Shown: one piece after another, positions 8,808-18,674 of the stretch
How the letters are laid out: each line of letters starts with the position of its first letter
Position numbering within the stretch: position 1 is the first letter of the stretch
The notes under the pieces: model-generated
Databases searched by the model: none
The model's input: the letters and a program-made list of their open reading frames with translations, nothing else
What the model was told of the DNA's origin: nothing
From: Myxococcales bacterium
GTDB taxonomy: Bacteria; Myxococcota_A; Polyangia; Polyangiales; DASUME01
DNA: 64,000 bases
Assembly: GCA_047601445.1 (NCBI GenBank)
Contig: JASGJH010000001.1
Span: 3,872,001-3,936,000, forward strand
Direction of reading: 5' to 3'
Made by a program: the position numbers and the translations under genes

Positions 8808-11449
8808 CAGAACTGACCTCGCACGCCGATGGCCGGGATGATAGGCAAGCCGTTGACCACGCGCTTGGCCGTGAAGTCGTAGTTGTAGAAGAACGCTTCC
8901 TGGTTCTTGTGGTTCAGCGCGTTCTGCACGTCGAGATAGAGCGTGGTCGAGTGCTTGCGCGCCTTCCACGTCTTTTGGATGCGCAAGTCGAGGCGGTTGT
9001 AGGCCGGGTTCCGCCCGCTGTTGACGGCGCCGTAGATGGGTCGGTAGCTCCGACTCGTGAGGTTGAGCACGCGACCCGTGACCGGTGTGTAGGGGTTGCC
9101 GGTGAAATAGCGGACGGTGAGGCCGACGTCCCAGCCGCGCGGCAAGAGGTACATCAAAGCGGCGGTGAGGCCGTGGGTCTGCTGGTAGTCGAAGCGTCGA
9201 AAGTCCATGCCGGGATGGTCTTTGCGCTCGGAGTTGAGCAGCGTGTAAGAGAGCAGGCCCGAATAGCGCGAAGTCACCGGGAGCACGACCGCCGAGGCTT
9301 CCAGACCGTAGACCCGACCAATACCATCGTTGATGAACTTGGGTTGATTCGGCTGAACCGAGCTCACCACGTTGTCCCAGATGTTCTTGTAGAAGCCCTC
9401 GAGCCCAAGCCTGACGCCCGCAGCGAGCTGGTAGTTCAAGCCGGTCGAGAACTGCGCCGAGCGAATCGGGTCGAGCTTGGGGTTGCCCACCGCCGGATGG
9501 GACTCCTCGGCCGCAGGCGGCTGACTATACAGACCGGCGCCGCTCTTCCAGGTCCACTTGGGGCTCAAGCGCAGCTCGGCCACCAGGCGCGGATCGATGG
9601 AGTAGTTGCGGATCTCGTTGTAGTAGTCCGCGCGCAAGGCCGTGTTGATGGTGAGGCGACCGATGTCGATGCCGAGGTCCGTATAGACCCCCGGTTGGAA
9701 TAGTCCGCCCTTTACGTCGGCACCGAACTCGTCTTGGCCGCCCTCGTCTTCGTAGGGATTGCCCTCGCTTTGTCCGAACGAAGGACCGCTGTACTTGGCG
9801 CGATAGCCGCCTGTGAACACGTCGACGCCGTTCACCAGGCGCATGCGCTCTCCGATGCGGGTGAACCATTCGGCGCGACCGTAGACCTGCAGCACGGCGA
9901 GACGCAGTCGCAGGTCGGTGCCCGCGGTCACGTCGTCGAGCGTGGGCCCCGCCTGGAGCGCGATGGTCTGATCGGTGCGCTCGCTGAGCGGCCGCTTCCA
10001 TGACAGCTGCACGAAGTTGAAGCGCGAGGTAGCGTTCACGGCGTTGGCCGCGTCGCTCGCGTTGGCCTCGCGATCGTCCTTGGCGAGCAGGCCGAGGTGA
10101 TCGTTGGAGCCGTAGAACTGCAGACGCAGGAGGTCGCGCTTGGTGCGGTAGGTGCCGATGAGCTGGTAGTCGTAGTAGACGGGGAGCGCGGTGAAGCCCG
10201 TGTCGGCACCGTTGGCCGCGAGCGCGCGCATGATGAGGTCGAACAGGCTGCGGCGGACAGAGCCCGCGAGGGAGAAGCGGCGTGAGAGCGGACCTTCGAG
10301 CAAGATGGAGCCGTCGATGGCGCTCACGTCGACCACACCATGCAGGCCATCGGTTTGGGGATCGCGCGTCTCGAGCTCGAACACGCCGCCCATCTTGCGG
10401 CCGTAGCGGGAGGAGAAGTTACCGGGGTAGAGCGAGATCTGCCGCAACAGCTGGCCGCTATACACGCTGCGCAGACCGCCGAAGTGATAGAGCTGCGGGA
10501 TGGGCATGCCGTCCAGGAACACCTGGCTGTCCTGGGGACTCGAACCACGGATGATCAGACGGCCACTGCCGAATGGCGGCCTCGATACGCCGGGCAAGAC
10601 CTCGACGGATCGGATGGGGTCATTGCCGGTGCCAGGGATGCGATACATCAGCTCGCGCTCGATGGTGCGCCGCGTGACCTCGCGGGACGGAGCCTGGACC
10701 ACGGCGCGCGCTTCGTAGCTGTCGTCGCTCTCTTCGGGCCGCGCGACGAGCCGATAGGTGACCTGCGTCTCTTCGCCTGCGCGTACCTCCTCGTCGAAGG
10801 CTGCGCCGAGGAAGGCCGGGCCAGACACCTGGATCTGATAGGGACCTGGCTCGAGGTCGGCGAGGGCGAACGCGCCGTGTCCGTCGCTGACCAGGGCGCG
10901 CACCTGACCTGCCGCGTCGAGCACGTTCACTTCCGCACCCACGATGGCCAGGCCATCGCGCTCGGAGACGACCTTGCCGACCAGGCGACCGGTGACCGGC
11001 ACGGGGGCCGGTGGAGGCGGAGGAGGAGGGGGCGCGAACTGATAGCGATAGCGGATGCGGGCGGCCACGGGCTGGCCGTCCTTGCGCGCCGGCGCGAAGC
11101 GGAAGTGCAGCAGCGCCTCGCGCGCCGCCTCGTCGAAGCCCTGGCCCGCGCTCTGCACGACCTCGGCGTCGAGCACGCTGCCGTCCACGGCGACAGTGAC
11201 GAGGAGGTCTACGTCCGCGCTCACTCCCTGCGCGAGCGCCTCGGGCGGGTATACCGCCTCGACAGCCTGCGCTACCGAGGGCGGGCTGAGGCTCGGCACG
11301 ACAGGCTCAGGCTCGGCCGCGGGCGCTCCGGTCTGCGCAGGCGGGCCAGCATCGCTAGCATCGCTAGCAGGCGCACCCGCGTCTTGCGCGAGCGCGCGAG
11401 AAAGCGTGCATGAACATACGAGGAGGACCCAAAGAAAGCGCAGCAGCAT
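8807..11449 (-). CDS. TonB-dependent receptor with N-terminal TonB-C and carboxypeptidase-regulatory-like domains
   Basis: Signal peptide; YPPEA..FDEAAREALLHFRFAPARKDGQPV (TonB_C); poly-Pro linker; plug IPGTGNDPIRSVEVLPGV; barrel ending in IGVRGQF. Confidence 0.93.
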   Translation of the reverse strand: MLLRFLWVLLVCSCTLSRALAQDAGAPASDASDAGPPAQTGAPAAEPEPVVPSLSPPSVAQAVEAVYPPEALAQGVSADVDLLVTVAVDGSVLDAEVVQSAGQGFDEAAREALLHFRFAPARKDGQPVAARIRYRYQFAPPPPPPPPAPVPVTGRLVGKVVSERDGLAIVGAEVNVLDAAGQVRALVSDGHGAFALADLEPGPYQIQVSGPAFLGAAFDEEVRAGEETQVTYRLVARPEESDDSYEARAVVQAPSREVTRRTIERELMYRIPGTGNDPIRSVEVLPGVSRPPFGSGRLIIRGSSPQDSQVFLDGMPIPQLYHFGGLRSVYSGQLLRQISLYPGNFSSRYGRKMGGVFELETRDPQTDGLHGVVDVSAIDGSILLEGPLSRRFSLAGSVRRSLFDLIMRALAANGADTGFTALPVYYDYQLIGTYRTKRDLLRLQFYGSNDHLGLLAKDDREANASDAANAVNATSRFNFVQLSWKRPLSERTDQTIALQAGPTLDDVTAGTDLRLRLAVLQVYGRAEWFTRIGERMRLVNGVDVFTGGYRAKYSGPSFGQSEGNPYEDEGGQDEFGADVKGGLFQPGVYTDLGIDIGRLTINTALRADYYNEIRNYSIDPRLVAELRLSPKWTWKSGAGLYSQPPAAEESHPAVGNPKLDPIRSAQFSTGLNYQLAAGVRLGLEGFYKNIWDNVVSSVQPNQPKFINDGIGRVYGLEASAVVLPVTSRYSGLLSYTLLNSERKDHPGMDFRRFDYQQTHGLTAALMYLLPRGWDVGLTVRYFTGNPYTPVTGRVLNLTSRSYRPIYGAVNSGRNPAYNRLDLRIQKTWKARKHSTTLYLDVQNALNHKNQEAFFYNYDFTAKRVVNGLPIIPAIGVRGQF

Positions 11450-11558
11450 GCGGGGATCGTTGCTTACGGGGTGAGCGACCAAGCGACGTCCGACCTAGAT
11501 AGCCTCGATTGCCCGCGCAGAAAAGGAAGATCACCCGCGGATGACTCGAAGTGCGCCC

Positions 11559-12953
11559 TCAGCGCCACACCGGCGGGTCACTCCCGAGCGGGCCCGCAGG
11601 GAGCACCGGCTCCTGCGCGACGCCTTCGATCTGCCCCGGACAGCGCACGCGCCGCAGGCGACCGAGCTGGCTGTCGACCTCCTCGCAGTGAGGCAAGAAT
11701 GCTGCGAGCTCGAGTTCGGGGCCCGCGATCTCGTCGGCCTCGCCGAGCTGCATCAGGCAATGCGCCGTACCGGCGAGCGACAGCCGACACCTGCTCGCCA
11801 CGCCTTCGTGCCATTGGCGAGAAAGCGCGCGCGCCACGCTGGCCACCATCAGGTAACCGGTGCCGTGATCGAGCGCCTGGGCCGGCAGCGGATGGGGACG
11901 TGCCTGCTCGTAGCGCTCCATGCCGCGTGCGGCGATGCCGCAGCTCATCTGGACCAGGCTGTCGAAGCCGCGTCGGTTGGCCCAGGGGCCCTCACTGCCG
12001 TAGGCGTTGAGCGAGACCTCGATGAGCCCAGGCGCGAGCGACGCCAGACGTTCGGACGAGAAGCCGAGCCGCGCCAGGGCATCGCCACGATAGCCATGCA
12101 CGAGCACGTGGGCCTGCGCGAGCAGCTGCTCGAAGCGCGCGCGATCGGCCGTCTCGCGCAGATCGAGGCGAGCGCGGCGCTTGCCCCAGGTGGTGTCTCC
12201 CAGCGCCGCTTCCACCTCGCTGAACTCGGGTGGGTCGATGCGCAGCACGTCGGCGCCGTACGCGGCCAGAAAGCGCGTGCAGATGGGCCCCGCGAGCACA
12301 CGCGTTAGATCGAGCACACGCACGCCCGCGAACGGCGCGCCGGGCCGTTCGTTGCGTTGCCAGGCGCCGGGCCCACTCGCCCGCGCGTGCCACGAGATCA
12401 AAGGCAGCGCCGCCACCGCCCGTCCCTGCGGGTGGTCGCGGAAGGACTGCGCGCTACGCATGGCGGCCGCGCACCCACCCGCGTCCACCACCAAGCTCTC
12501 GAGCTCCTCCGCCGCATAGGCCTGTGCCACCTCCGCGATCGACGCACGCTCGGTCTGGCCGAGCACGCGCTCCACGGCACGTCGGTGGTGCAGGTAGTTC
12601 GTGTGCAAGCGGACGAAGCCGTCGCGCGTGGCGTAGTCGCCCGCGATGGGATCCCAGATCGCGGGGAGCTGCCAGCCCACGCCCTGGAGGAGGCGCTCGC
12701 TCCGGAATGCCGCTGCGGCATGGGCTCGCTGCAGCTCGATCGCCGCGAGCTGCTTGCCGTGACGGAGGGCGTGGAGCTCGCTCACCGCGAGGCTGGCTGC
12801 GGCCACACAGGCGCTGGCCAGCGCGCTCACCTCGTACACCGAGGGCAGCGCGCGGACGGGCCCTGCGAAGGTCACCTGCTCGATGTGCTGCGGCGCGCCG
12901 CCGAGTTGCTCCCAAAACGTTCGCAAGAAGGTTCGTTCGGCTGAAGCGGTCAT
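11559..12953 (-). CDS. CaiB/BaiF family III CoA transferase
   Basis: GVRVLDLTRVLAGPICTRFLAAYGADVLRID, GKR, RRGFDSLVQM, QALDHGTGY. Confidence 0.93.
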   Translation of the reverse strand: MTASAERTFLRTFWEQLGGAPQHIEQVTFAGPVRALPSVYEVSALASACVAAASLAVSELHALRHGKQLAAIELQRAHAAAAFRSERLLQGVGWQLPAIWDPIAGDYATRDGFVRLHTNYLHHRRAVERVLGQTERASIAEVAQAYAAEELESLVVDAGGCAAAMRSAQSFRDHPQGRAVAALPLISWHARASGPGAWQRNERPGAPFAGVRVLDLTRVLAGPICTRFLAAYGADVLRIDPPEFSEVEAALGDTTWGKRRARLDLRETADRARFEQLLAQAHVLVHGYRGDALARLGFSSERLASLAPGLIEVSLNAYGSEGPWANRRGFDSLVQMSCGIAARGMERYEQARPHPLPAQALDHGTGYLMVASVARALSRQWHEGVASRCRLSLAGTAHCLMQLGEADEIAGPELELAAFLPHCEEVDSQLGRLRRVRCPGQIEGVAQEPVLPAGPLGSDPPVWR

Positions 12954-12985
12954 GGGAAGAACCATCCTCCCGCTGGCGCGCGTCG

Positions 12986-13011
12986 TCAACGTTGATTAGA
13001 TTCAACATTGA
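12986..13011. promoter_or_regulatory. Tandem palindromic operator TCAACGTTGA-N6-TCAACATTGA
   Basis: A perfect and a one-mismatch 10-bp palindrome in a 60-bp AT-richer divergent gap, ending 2 nt before the ATG at 13014. Confidence 0.7.
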
Positions 13012-13013
13012 TC

Positions 13014-14213
13014 ATGCGCAACCTGCTCAGCACCGCCCAAACCGCCAAGCGCCTCGGCGTGAAGGTCGAAACCGTGTACGCCTACGTGAGCCGCGGCGTG
13101 CTCTCTCGAACCCTGGCGGACGACGGCAAGAGCAGTCTCTTCGTGGCCTCCGAGGTCGACGCGCTGGCGCGCCGCGGGAGGCCGCGCCTCGACAGCAAGC
13201 GCGTGGGCACGGTGGACGTCTCGCTCGGCACCACCATCACGGACATCGACACCAACACCCTGCGCTATCGTGGATACGACGTGCCGAAGCTCGCCGAGCG
13301 CGCGAGCTTCGAGAGCGTGGCCGAGCTCCTGTGGCAGGGCAGCTTGCCCGCCACGACGAGCTGGGCGGAGCTCGCCGCGCCCCATCCCATTACGCGCAGA
13401 ATCGCCGCCGTGCTGCCGGAGGCGAGCCCCGCCCTCGAGCGCTTCTCAGCCGTCACCGCGGCGCTGTCGTGCGCCACCAGCATGCGCAGCGACCTCTCGC
13501 CGCCCGCCGTGATGCGCCACGGTCGGCTCTTGATCGCGCAGTTCGTCCACAGCTTGCCGCGCCTCGGAAAAGCCAGCGCGCGTTCGCCTCACAGCCTCGC
13601 TCAGCTGCTGTGGCCACGCCTCTCCGAGCAGGCGGCTCAACCCAGTCGCCTCTCACTTCTGAACAGCGCACTCATCCTGATCGCGGACCACGAGCTCGCG
13701 ACCTCCACCTTCGCCGCGCGCGTGGCGGCCTCCACGCGCGCCGATCCGTTCGCGGTGGTGTTGAGCGGACTCGGCGCGCTCTCGGGTCCCTTGCATGGCA
13801 AGTCCGCCGTGGGCGTGCACCGCTTGCTACGCGAGGCGGCCTCGTTGCCTGCTCGCGAACTCGCCAGCGCGCCCACGCTCCAGGACCTGGTGCTCGGCCC
13901 CGCGTTCGGACATTTGGTCTACACCGAGGGAGATCCGCGCGGCCGCAGCCTGCTGCGGGCTTGCCTGCCCGCGCTCAAGACGCGCCCACGCCAGCTGATC
14001 GAGCTGGTGCTGGAAACCGCCAAGGCGCGTGCGGCAGGCGAGCCCAACATCGACTTCGCCCTCGGCAGCCTGGCCTTCGCCATGGACATGCCCCTGGGCA
14101 GCACCGACGCTCTGTTCGCCATCGCACGCTGCGCCGGCTTCATCGCGCATGCCCTGGAAGAATATGGGGAGGCGCCGCTGAGGTTCAGAGCACGGGCGCT
14201 GTATACGGGCTGA
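13014..14213 (+). CDS. Citrate synthase family protein with N-terminal excisionase/MerR-like HTH
   Basis: LSTAQTAKRLGVKVETVYAYVSRGVL HTH, followed by LRYRG, ADHEL, GPLHG, FGHLVY, DPRG, NIDFAL. Confidence 0.92.
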   Translation: MRNLLSTAQTAKRLGVKVETVYAYVSRGVLSRTLADDGKSSLFVASEVDALARRGRPRLDSKRVGTVDVSLGTTITDIDTNTLRYRGYDVPKLAERASFESVAELLWQGSLPATTSWAELAAPHPITRRIAAVLPEASPALERFSAVTAALSCATSMRSDLSPPAVMRHGRLLIAQFVHSLPRLGKASARSPHSLAQLLWPRLSEQAAQPSRLSLLNSALILIADHELATSTFAARVAASTRADPFAVVLSGLGALSGPLHGKSAVGVHRLLREAASLPARELASAPTLQDLVLGPAFGHLVYTEGDPRGRSLLRACLPALKTRPRQLIELVLETAKARAAGEPNIDFALGSLAFAMDMPLGSTDALFAIARCAGFIAHALEEYGEAPLRFRARALYTG

Positions 14214-15165
14214 TCAGCTCTCCGGGCACACTCCCTCACGCCCAAGGGGACGCTCGAGCGCCGCGCGATCCCACTTGGCGCAATCGGCGGCGGCCTCGTA
14301 GGTCGACTGCAGGAAGGAGAGCAGCGTGGCGTTCGGATCCTGAGCAGACCGCACCAGTTCGTAGGGCAACAGGAACTCCCCGAGTTTCTCGTCGAAGTAG
14401 GCCCCTTCGGGCAGCACGTGTCGCTCGCGGAAACCCGCAGGCATGGGGTAGGCATACGAGTAGAACGAGGCGATGTGTTGGTCGTCTCCGGGCCAGAAGC
14501 CCGCACTCGACACCTCGTGCGAGTAGGCCTCGCGCGTCACCTTGTCAGGCAACGCAGGGACACCGCCCGGGTGAGGCGGCGCGCGGCGACCCGAGAAGCG
14601 CGTGACAGCGAGATCGAGGCTGCCCCAGAACAAATGCACGGGGCTCACCTTTCCGAGGAAACCCGTGCGGAACCAGTGAAAGACGCGATCGAATCTCGAG
14701 CAGCACGCGGAAGTAGCGCTCGGCCTGCTCGGGCTCGTAGACACGGGGAGCATCGTCCTTGGAGAAGGGGATGGCGCTGGGAATCTCGTTGGGCACGTCG
14801 CTGACATGCACGTCGACGCCGAACTCGCGCAGGCCCGCCGACAATTGCTCGCGGAACTTGGACACAGGCATCGCCACCAGCGGCTCGCGGTGGGTGCGCG
14901 CGCGGTTGCTGCGCAGCTCCAGGGTCTGGTCCAGGAAGTCGAAGTCGATCTGGAAGACCTGGCGCGACGTGTAGATAGGGCCCGTGGTCAGGCCGTGGGC
15001 GGTCACGTAGAGGGTGGCGTGCCAGGAGTGATTGACCCAAGGCGTGGCCGCCAGCCTCACTTTGCCCACGAGCTGGAGATAGCGGTGCAGGGTCGCGTAG
15101 GTGCCCTTCCCTCTCTCGAAGGGAAGCGCGGGCCAGGGGGACAGGTTCGATGAGGTCGGTTCCAT
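14214..15165 (-). CDS. DUF5996-like conserved protein; +1 frameshift at ~14692
   Basis: TLHRYLQLVGKVRL..WVNHSWHATLYVT in one frame and GKVSPVHLFWGSLDLAVTRFSG..AYSHEVSSAGFWPG in the next; joined by removing one base. Confidence 0.85.
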
Positions 15166-15383
15166 GCGGCTGCTCCTCGCGCAGTGGCTGTTCGACCAGC
15201 AATTGGGCACGAAATGCCCGACAGCGAGGGACATGGGCGCCGAAAGGGCGAACGGGCACGGCCAAGCACGAGGCCGGTCGAGTGCGCAAGAAGACGCCCG
15301 TGAGGCGAGCATCCTCGCTCGACTCTCCGCTCGCGCGCCCAGGGGCGCGCTTCGACCTGGAGGCTCACCGCACGCAGCCCGGT

Positions 15384-16895
15384 TCAGTGAGCTCGCACGC
15401 GCAGCAGCACGTGATCCTGATCTGCGTAAGCGGCCTGGACGCTCGCCCGTGTGCTGCTTGAGAAGCTCACCGGCCACGGCGCGACGCTCTCCGCCAGCGC
15501 GCCGCGGACGGCCGCGAGGCGCCCATCGAGTACCTCGTCCAGGGCGCAGCGTGCGGCTTGGTCGACGAGCTCCACGAAGGTCGCGGGCTTGAAGCCCGCC
15601 GTGACCACCAGCGCGGTCGAAGCCTCCGTGAGCTGCAGTTCCGAGAGGCGCAAGGCGCGCTCCTCGGGGAGCAAGAGCGCGTCACCGTAGACAGTGGCGG
15701 AGCGGTCGTCGTCGGCCAGCCGCATGGCCACGAGCCAGCGACCGGGTGCCTCCGCGGGGCCCAGTAGATCAATGCGCTCGAGGCGGATGTCGTCACCGTT
15801 TGCCGGCAGGGCGGACAGAATGTGGCTGAACCCATCGCTCACGGCCTGAAGACCCAGACGCGTGTCGAAGTAGACGTCCTCGGCCGGCGGACCGAGCTCC
15901 GCTGCAGCTGGCAAGGGACGTGCGTCGCTCACGCTGGTACCCCAGCCCGGACGTGCCCAGACCCGGAGCTCCGATCGCAACGCGTCGTCGGACACCACGA
16001 GCGACGAGAGCGCCATGCCTTCCGGACGCAGCCACAACGGATCCCCCTGACCCTGGGCGACCGACGCCTGCAGCCGGCTCCATACTTCCTGCGCGATACC
16101 CGCCAGGTTGGTGCGCGCCGCAGCCTGGCCGTCGAGCTCTGCCAGGCCGGCGCTCGCGCGCTCGCGTACCTGCTTGTCGAGCTCGCGGTGCAGCCGGTCG
16201 CGCACCACCTCCACCGGCACGCAGACCTTCACGATCTTGCCCGCGCAGAGCTTCTCCACGTCGGGCGCCGTCAACGTGACACCGCCCAAGCTGGAACGCG
16301 TACTGAGCTGCCAAGCAGGCGACACACTCAACTCGGAGTCGACGGCGAGCTCGATGGTGCCGCGCTTGTCCTTGCTCCCCCAGGCCACGTTCTTGGCCAA
16401 CCACAGCCAGCCCAGGGGCGTCTTGGCGCGCACGCGAAAGGAGCCGTAGTAATGGATGGGGAGTGATGTGCGCACGAGGCTGCCCGTGGTCGCGAAGCGC
16501 GCCGCACCGAGCTCGGCCTGATAGCGGATGCCGACCTCCGGGCTCTCACCGGGCGGCGTCACTTGCTGCCAGTCCTTCACGGAGGGGATGACCAAGCGCT
16601 GACGCAGCACGTCCTGCACGCCACTCAGCGGTACCGCGAGCGGGACGACCAGCGTGGAGAGCGGAAGGGGTGGAACGCCATCCGTGCGCGGCCGCACCGC
16701 GGGAGGCGGCAGCACCGGCAGCGGCGGACGGTGAGCACAGGCCGACACGACGCAGGCGGCGACGAACAAGCAGGCGAGCGCGAGGTCGAAGCGCGCCCTC
16801 GGGCGCGCGAGCAAAGAAAGGAGCAGAGTTCGAGACACGAGGCCGGCATGGTAGCGCGGCCAACCAGCCTGGTCGTTGCGTCGTGAATCCGTCAC
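15384..16895 (-). CDS. DUF4403-like lipoprotein
   Basis: Lipobox VSAC; STLVVPLAVPL start of domain; long beta-strand-rich body. Start uncertain (GTG 16895 overlaps the upstream stop). Confidence 0.6.
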   Translation of the reverse strand: MTDSRRNDQAGWPRYHAGLVSRTLLLSLLARPRARFDLALACLFVAACVVSACAHRPPLPVLPPPAVRPRTDGVPPLPLSTLVVPLAVPLSGVQDVLRQRLVIPSVKDWQQVTPPGESPEVGIRYQAELGAARFATTGSLVRTSLPIHYYGSFRVRAKTPLGWLWLAKNVAWGSKDKRGTIELAVDSELSVSPAWQLSTRSSLGGVTLTAPDVEKLCAGKIVKVCVPVEVVRDRLHRELDKQVRERASAGLAELDGQAAARTNLAGIAQEVWSRLQASVAQGQGDPLWLRPEGMALSSLVVSDDALRSELRVWARPGWGTSVSDARPLPAAAELGPPAEDVYFDTRLGLQAVSDGFSHILSALPANGDDIRLERIDLLGPAEAPGRWLVAMRLADDDRSATVYGDALLLPEERALRLSELQLTEASTALVVTAGFKPATFVELVDQAARCALDEVLDGRLAAVRGALAESVAPWPVSFSSSTRASVQAAYADQDHVLLRVRAH

Positions 16896-17293
16896 GGCAG
16901 GGGCTCGCGATCGGGCTCCAGGAAGATCGCGCGTGCCCGTGACGTGGCCAACAACTCGGGCGAGTAGTGGCGCTGGATCGACGTCCGATCACGCAGCTCG
17001 GGCGCCTGCGACAACAGCTCCAGCGAGCCGGCCCCCTGCGTGCGCCGCGTCGCCTCCGCGACCAGGTACAACCAGGCGCGGGTCATGGTCTCGAAATAGC
17101 CGCGCGCCGCGCTCTCGACGACGCCGTGCCGTTCATTCAGACGGATGATGCCAGCACGCAATCGCAAATGGGCCTCATCGAACTCGAAGCGTTTCAAGAA
17201 GAGGTAGGCCATTCGCAGGTGCGCCTCGTGATTCCAGGCAGCCGCCCGCAAGCTGCCATCGTTGAACGCAGCCCAGAGTTGATCGTCGTCCAT
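16892..17293 (-). CDS. Conserved hypothetical protein
   Basis: WNHEAHLRMAY..GYFETMTRAW..HYSPELL..AR..FLEPD pattern of a widespread small family; coupled to the downstream gene. Confidence 0.75.
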   Translation of the reverse strand: MDDDQLWAAFNDGSLRAAAWNHEAHLRMAYLFLKRFEFDEAHLRLRAGIIRLNERHGVVESAARGYFETMTRAWLYLVAEATRRTQGAGSLELLSQAPELRDRTSIQRHYSPELLATSRARAIFLEPDREPLP

Positions 17294-17540
17294 CCCTTCC
17301 ATCGCTCCGGCCCCGCAAGTTTCCCTGCACGGCCCCGTCGTTGCAGCGCGTTTCGTGCCCTATCACCCCAAGCGCGCGGAAAGCCGCCCGGCCTGGTCCA
17401 GGCGAACAGCGCGTTCGCGTTATTTACACGGTTTTGTCTCATTGCGATGCTTGCGTAGCGTTTGTCACGGGTGCGGCGCCGCTGGCTGGGCCGAATCCGA
17501 ACTGCCGACACTTTCATCTTTCCCTGCGAAGGAGCGCACT

Positions 17541-18674
17541 TTGCTCGCTGGTCGTCCTCTTGCGTCCTCGACCTTTGCCCTGTTCGGAATCCTGTGCACA
17601 CAAGGGGCTTGTTCGGACGAAGCGCCGAGCGGCGCCCTCGCCTCGCCCGAGCCCCCGCCCACCAGCGGAGAGCTGACCTATCGCTCGGAGGTGACGCCCA
17701 TCCGCAGCGCGCAAGATGCGCTCGAGGGTGTGTTCATCCCACCTTACGAGGACTGCCGCGATCCCTTGCCCAATGACACGGGTTCGAGCCCCGACGGCAA
17801 GGTCTGCACCCAGGTGCTGATCAACGGCTGCACCGAGCCCGGCAAGCACTTCGCCGACTACGCCTCCTGTGACGTGGTGCGGACCCAGCGCCCCTTCTGG
17901 CAGCGTCCGCCGACCAAGGAGCCCGATCCCAACGACCCGCGCCTCTCGGATGCTGCGTTCATGGGGGAGCTGGCCTGGGTCACTCAGCAGATCGAAGCCT
18001 GCGGCTGTTCCTGCTGCCACGACTCGCGCACCTTCGATGGCAAGTTCGGCCAGTGGGACATCAACCGCGGGCCGATCTGGCTGGACACCCTGTCCGACTC
18101 GGGGCTGGCGCTGTTCGCGGGACTCGCGGACTCGAGCGCGTTGGGCGCCTTCCCACCCGAGCGCAATCACGGCTTCGACCGCACGGCCACCGGCATCCCC
18201 ACCACCGACACCGCCCGCATGCAGGCATTCGTGAAGCAGGAGCTAGCGCGCCGCGGGATCTCGGAGGAGCAGGCACGCGCCGTGACTCCGTTCGGTGGTC
18301 CCATCTATACGTTCACCAGCGCCACGCCGCCCGCCTGCAAGCCAGGCGAAGACATCACGAGCGGCGGCACGGTGCGCTGGTTGGGCGGCGGTCGCGCCCG
18401 CTATGTGTACGTGCTCGAGGCTGGCACCAAGAACCCTGGCGTGCCGCCCAACGCCGACATCCCGCAGGGAACCTTGTGGCGCCTCGACGTGCTGCCCAAC
18501 CAACCCGCGCTCACCAGCGGGATTCGCTACGGGCAGACGCCCGAAGGCACGTTTCAAACGACCCCCGAGGCCAGCCCTGCACCGGCCCTCGAGAAGGGCA
18601 AGAAGTATCACCTCGTGGTGCTCGATGATCCGGGGCTCGCCTTGGCTGCCTGCGAGTTCACGTTCGGCTCCTGA
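17541..18674 (+). CDS. Cys-rich exported lipoprotein with one CxxCH motif
   Basis: Lipobox-like QGAC after a hydrophobic stretch; [11 protein letters not shown]; coding-like GC3 bias. Start uncertain (TTG 17541). Confidence 0.7.
   Translation: MLAGRPLASSTFALFGILCTQGACSDEAPSGALASPEPPPTSGELTYRSEVTPIRSAQDALEGVFIPPYEDCRDPLPNDTGSSPDGKVCTQVLINGCTEPGKHFADYASCDVVRTQRPFWQRPPTKEPDPNDPRLSDAAFMGELAWVTQQIEACGCSCCHDSRTFDGKFGQWDINRGPIWLDTLSDSGLALFAGLADSSALGAFPPERNHGFDRTATGIPTTDTARMQAFVKQELARRGISEEQARAVTPFGGPIYTFTSATPPACKPGEDITSGGTVRWLGGGRARYVYVLEAGTKNPGVPPNADIPQGTLWRLDVLPNQPALTSGIRYGQTPEGTFQTTPEASPAPALEKGKKYHLVVLDDPGLALAACEFTFGS

Noticed and set aside
12230..14605. 791-aa Arg/Pro-rich ORF and other long shadow ORFs (e.g. 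32701-34854, 47563-49230, 61418-63145)
   Set aside because: Alternative-frame or antisense shadows of well-supported genes in high-GC DNA, with no motifs.
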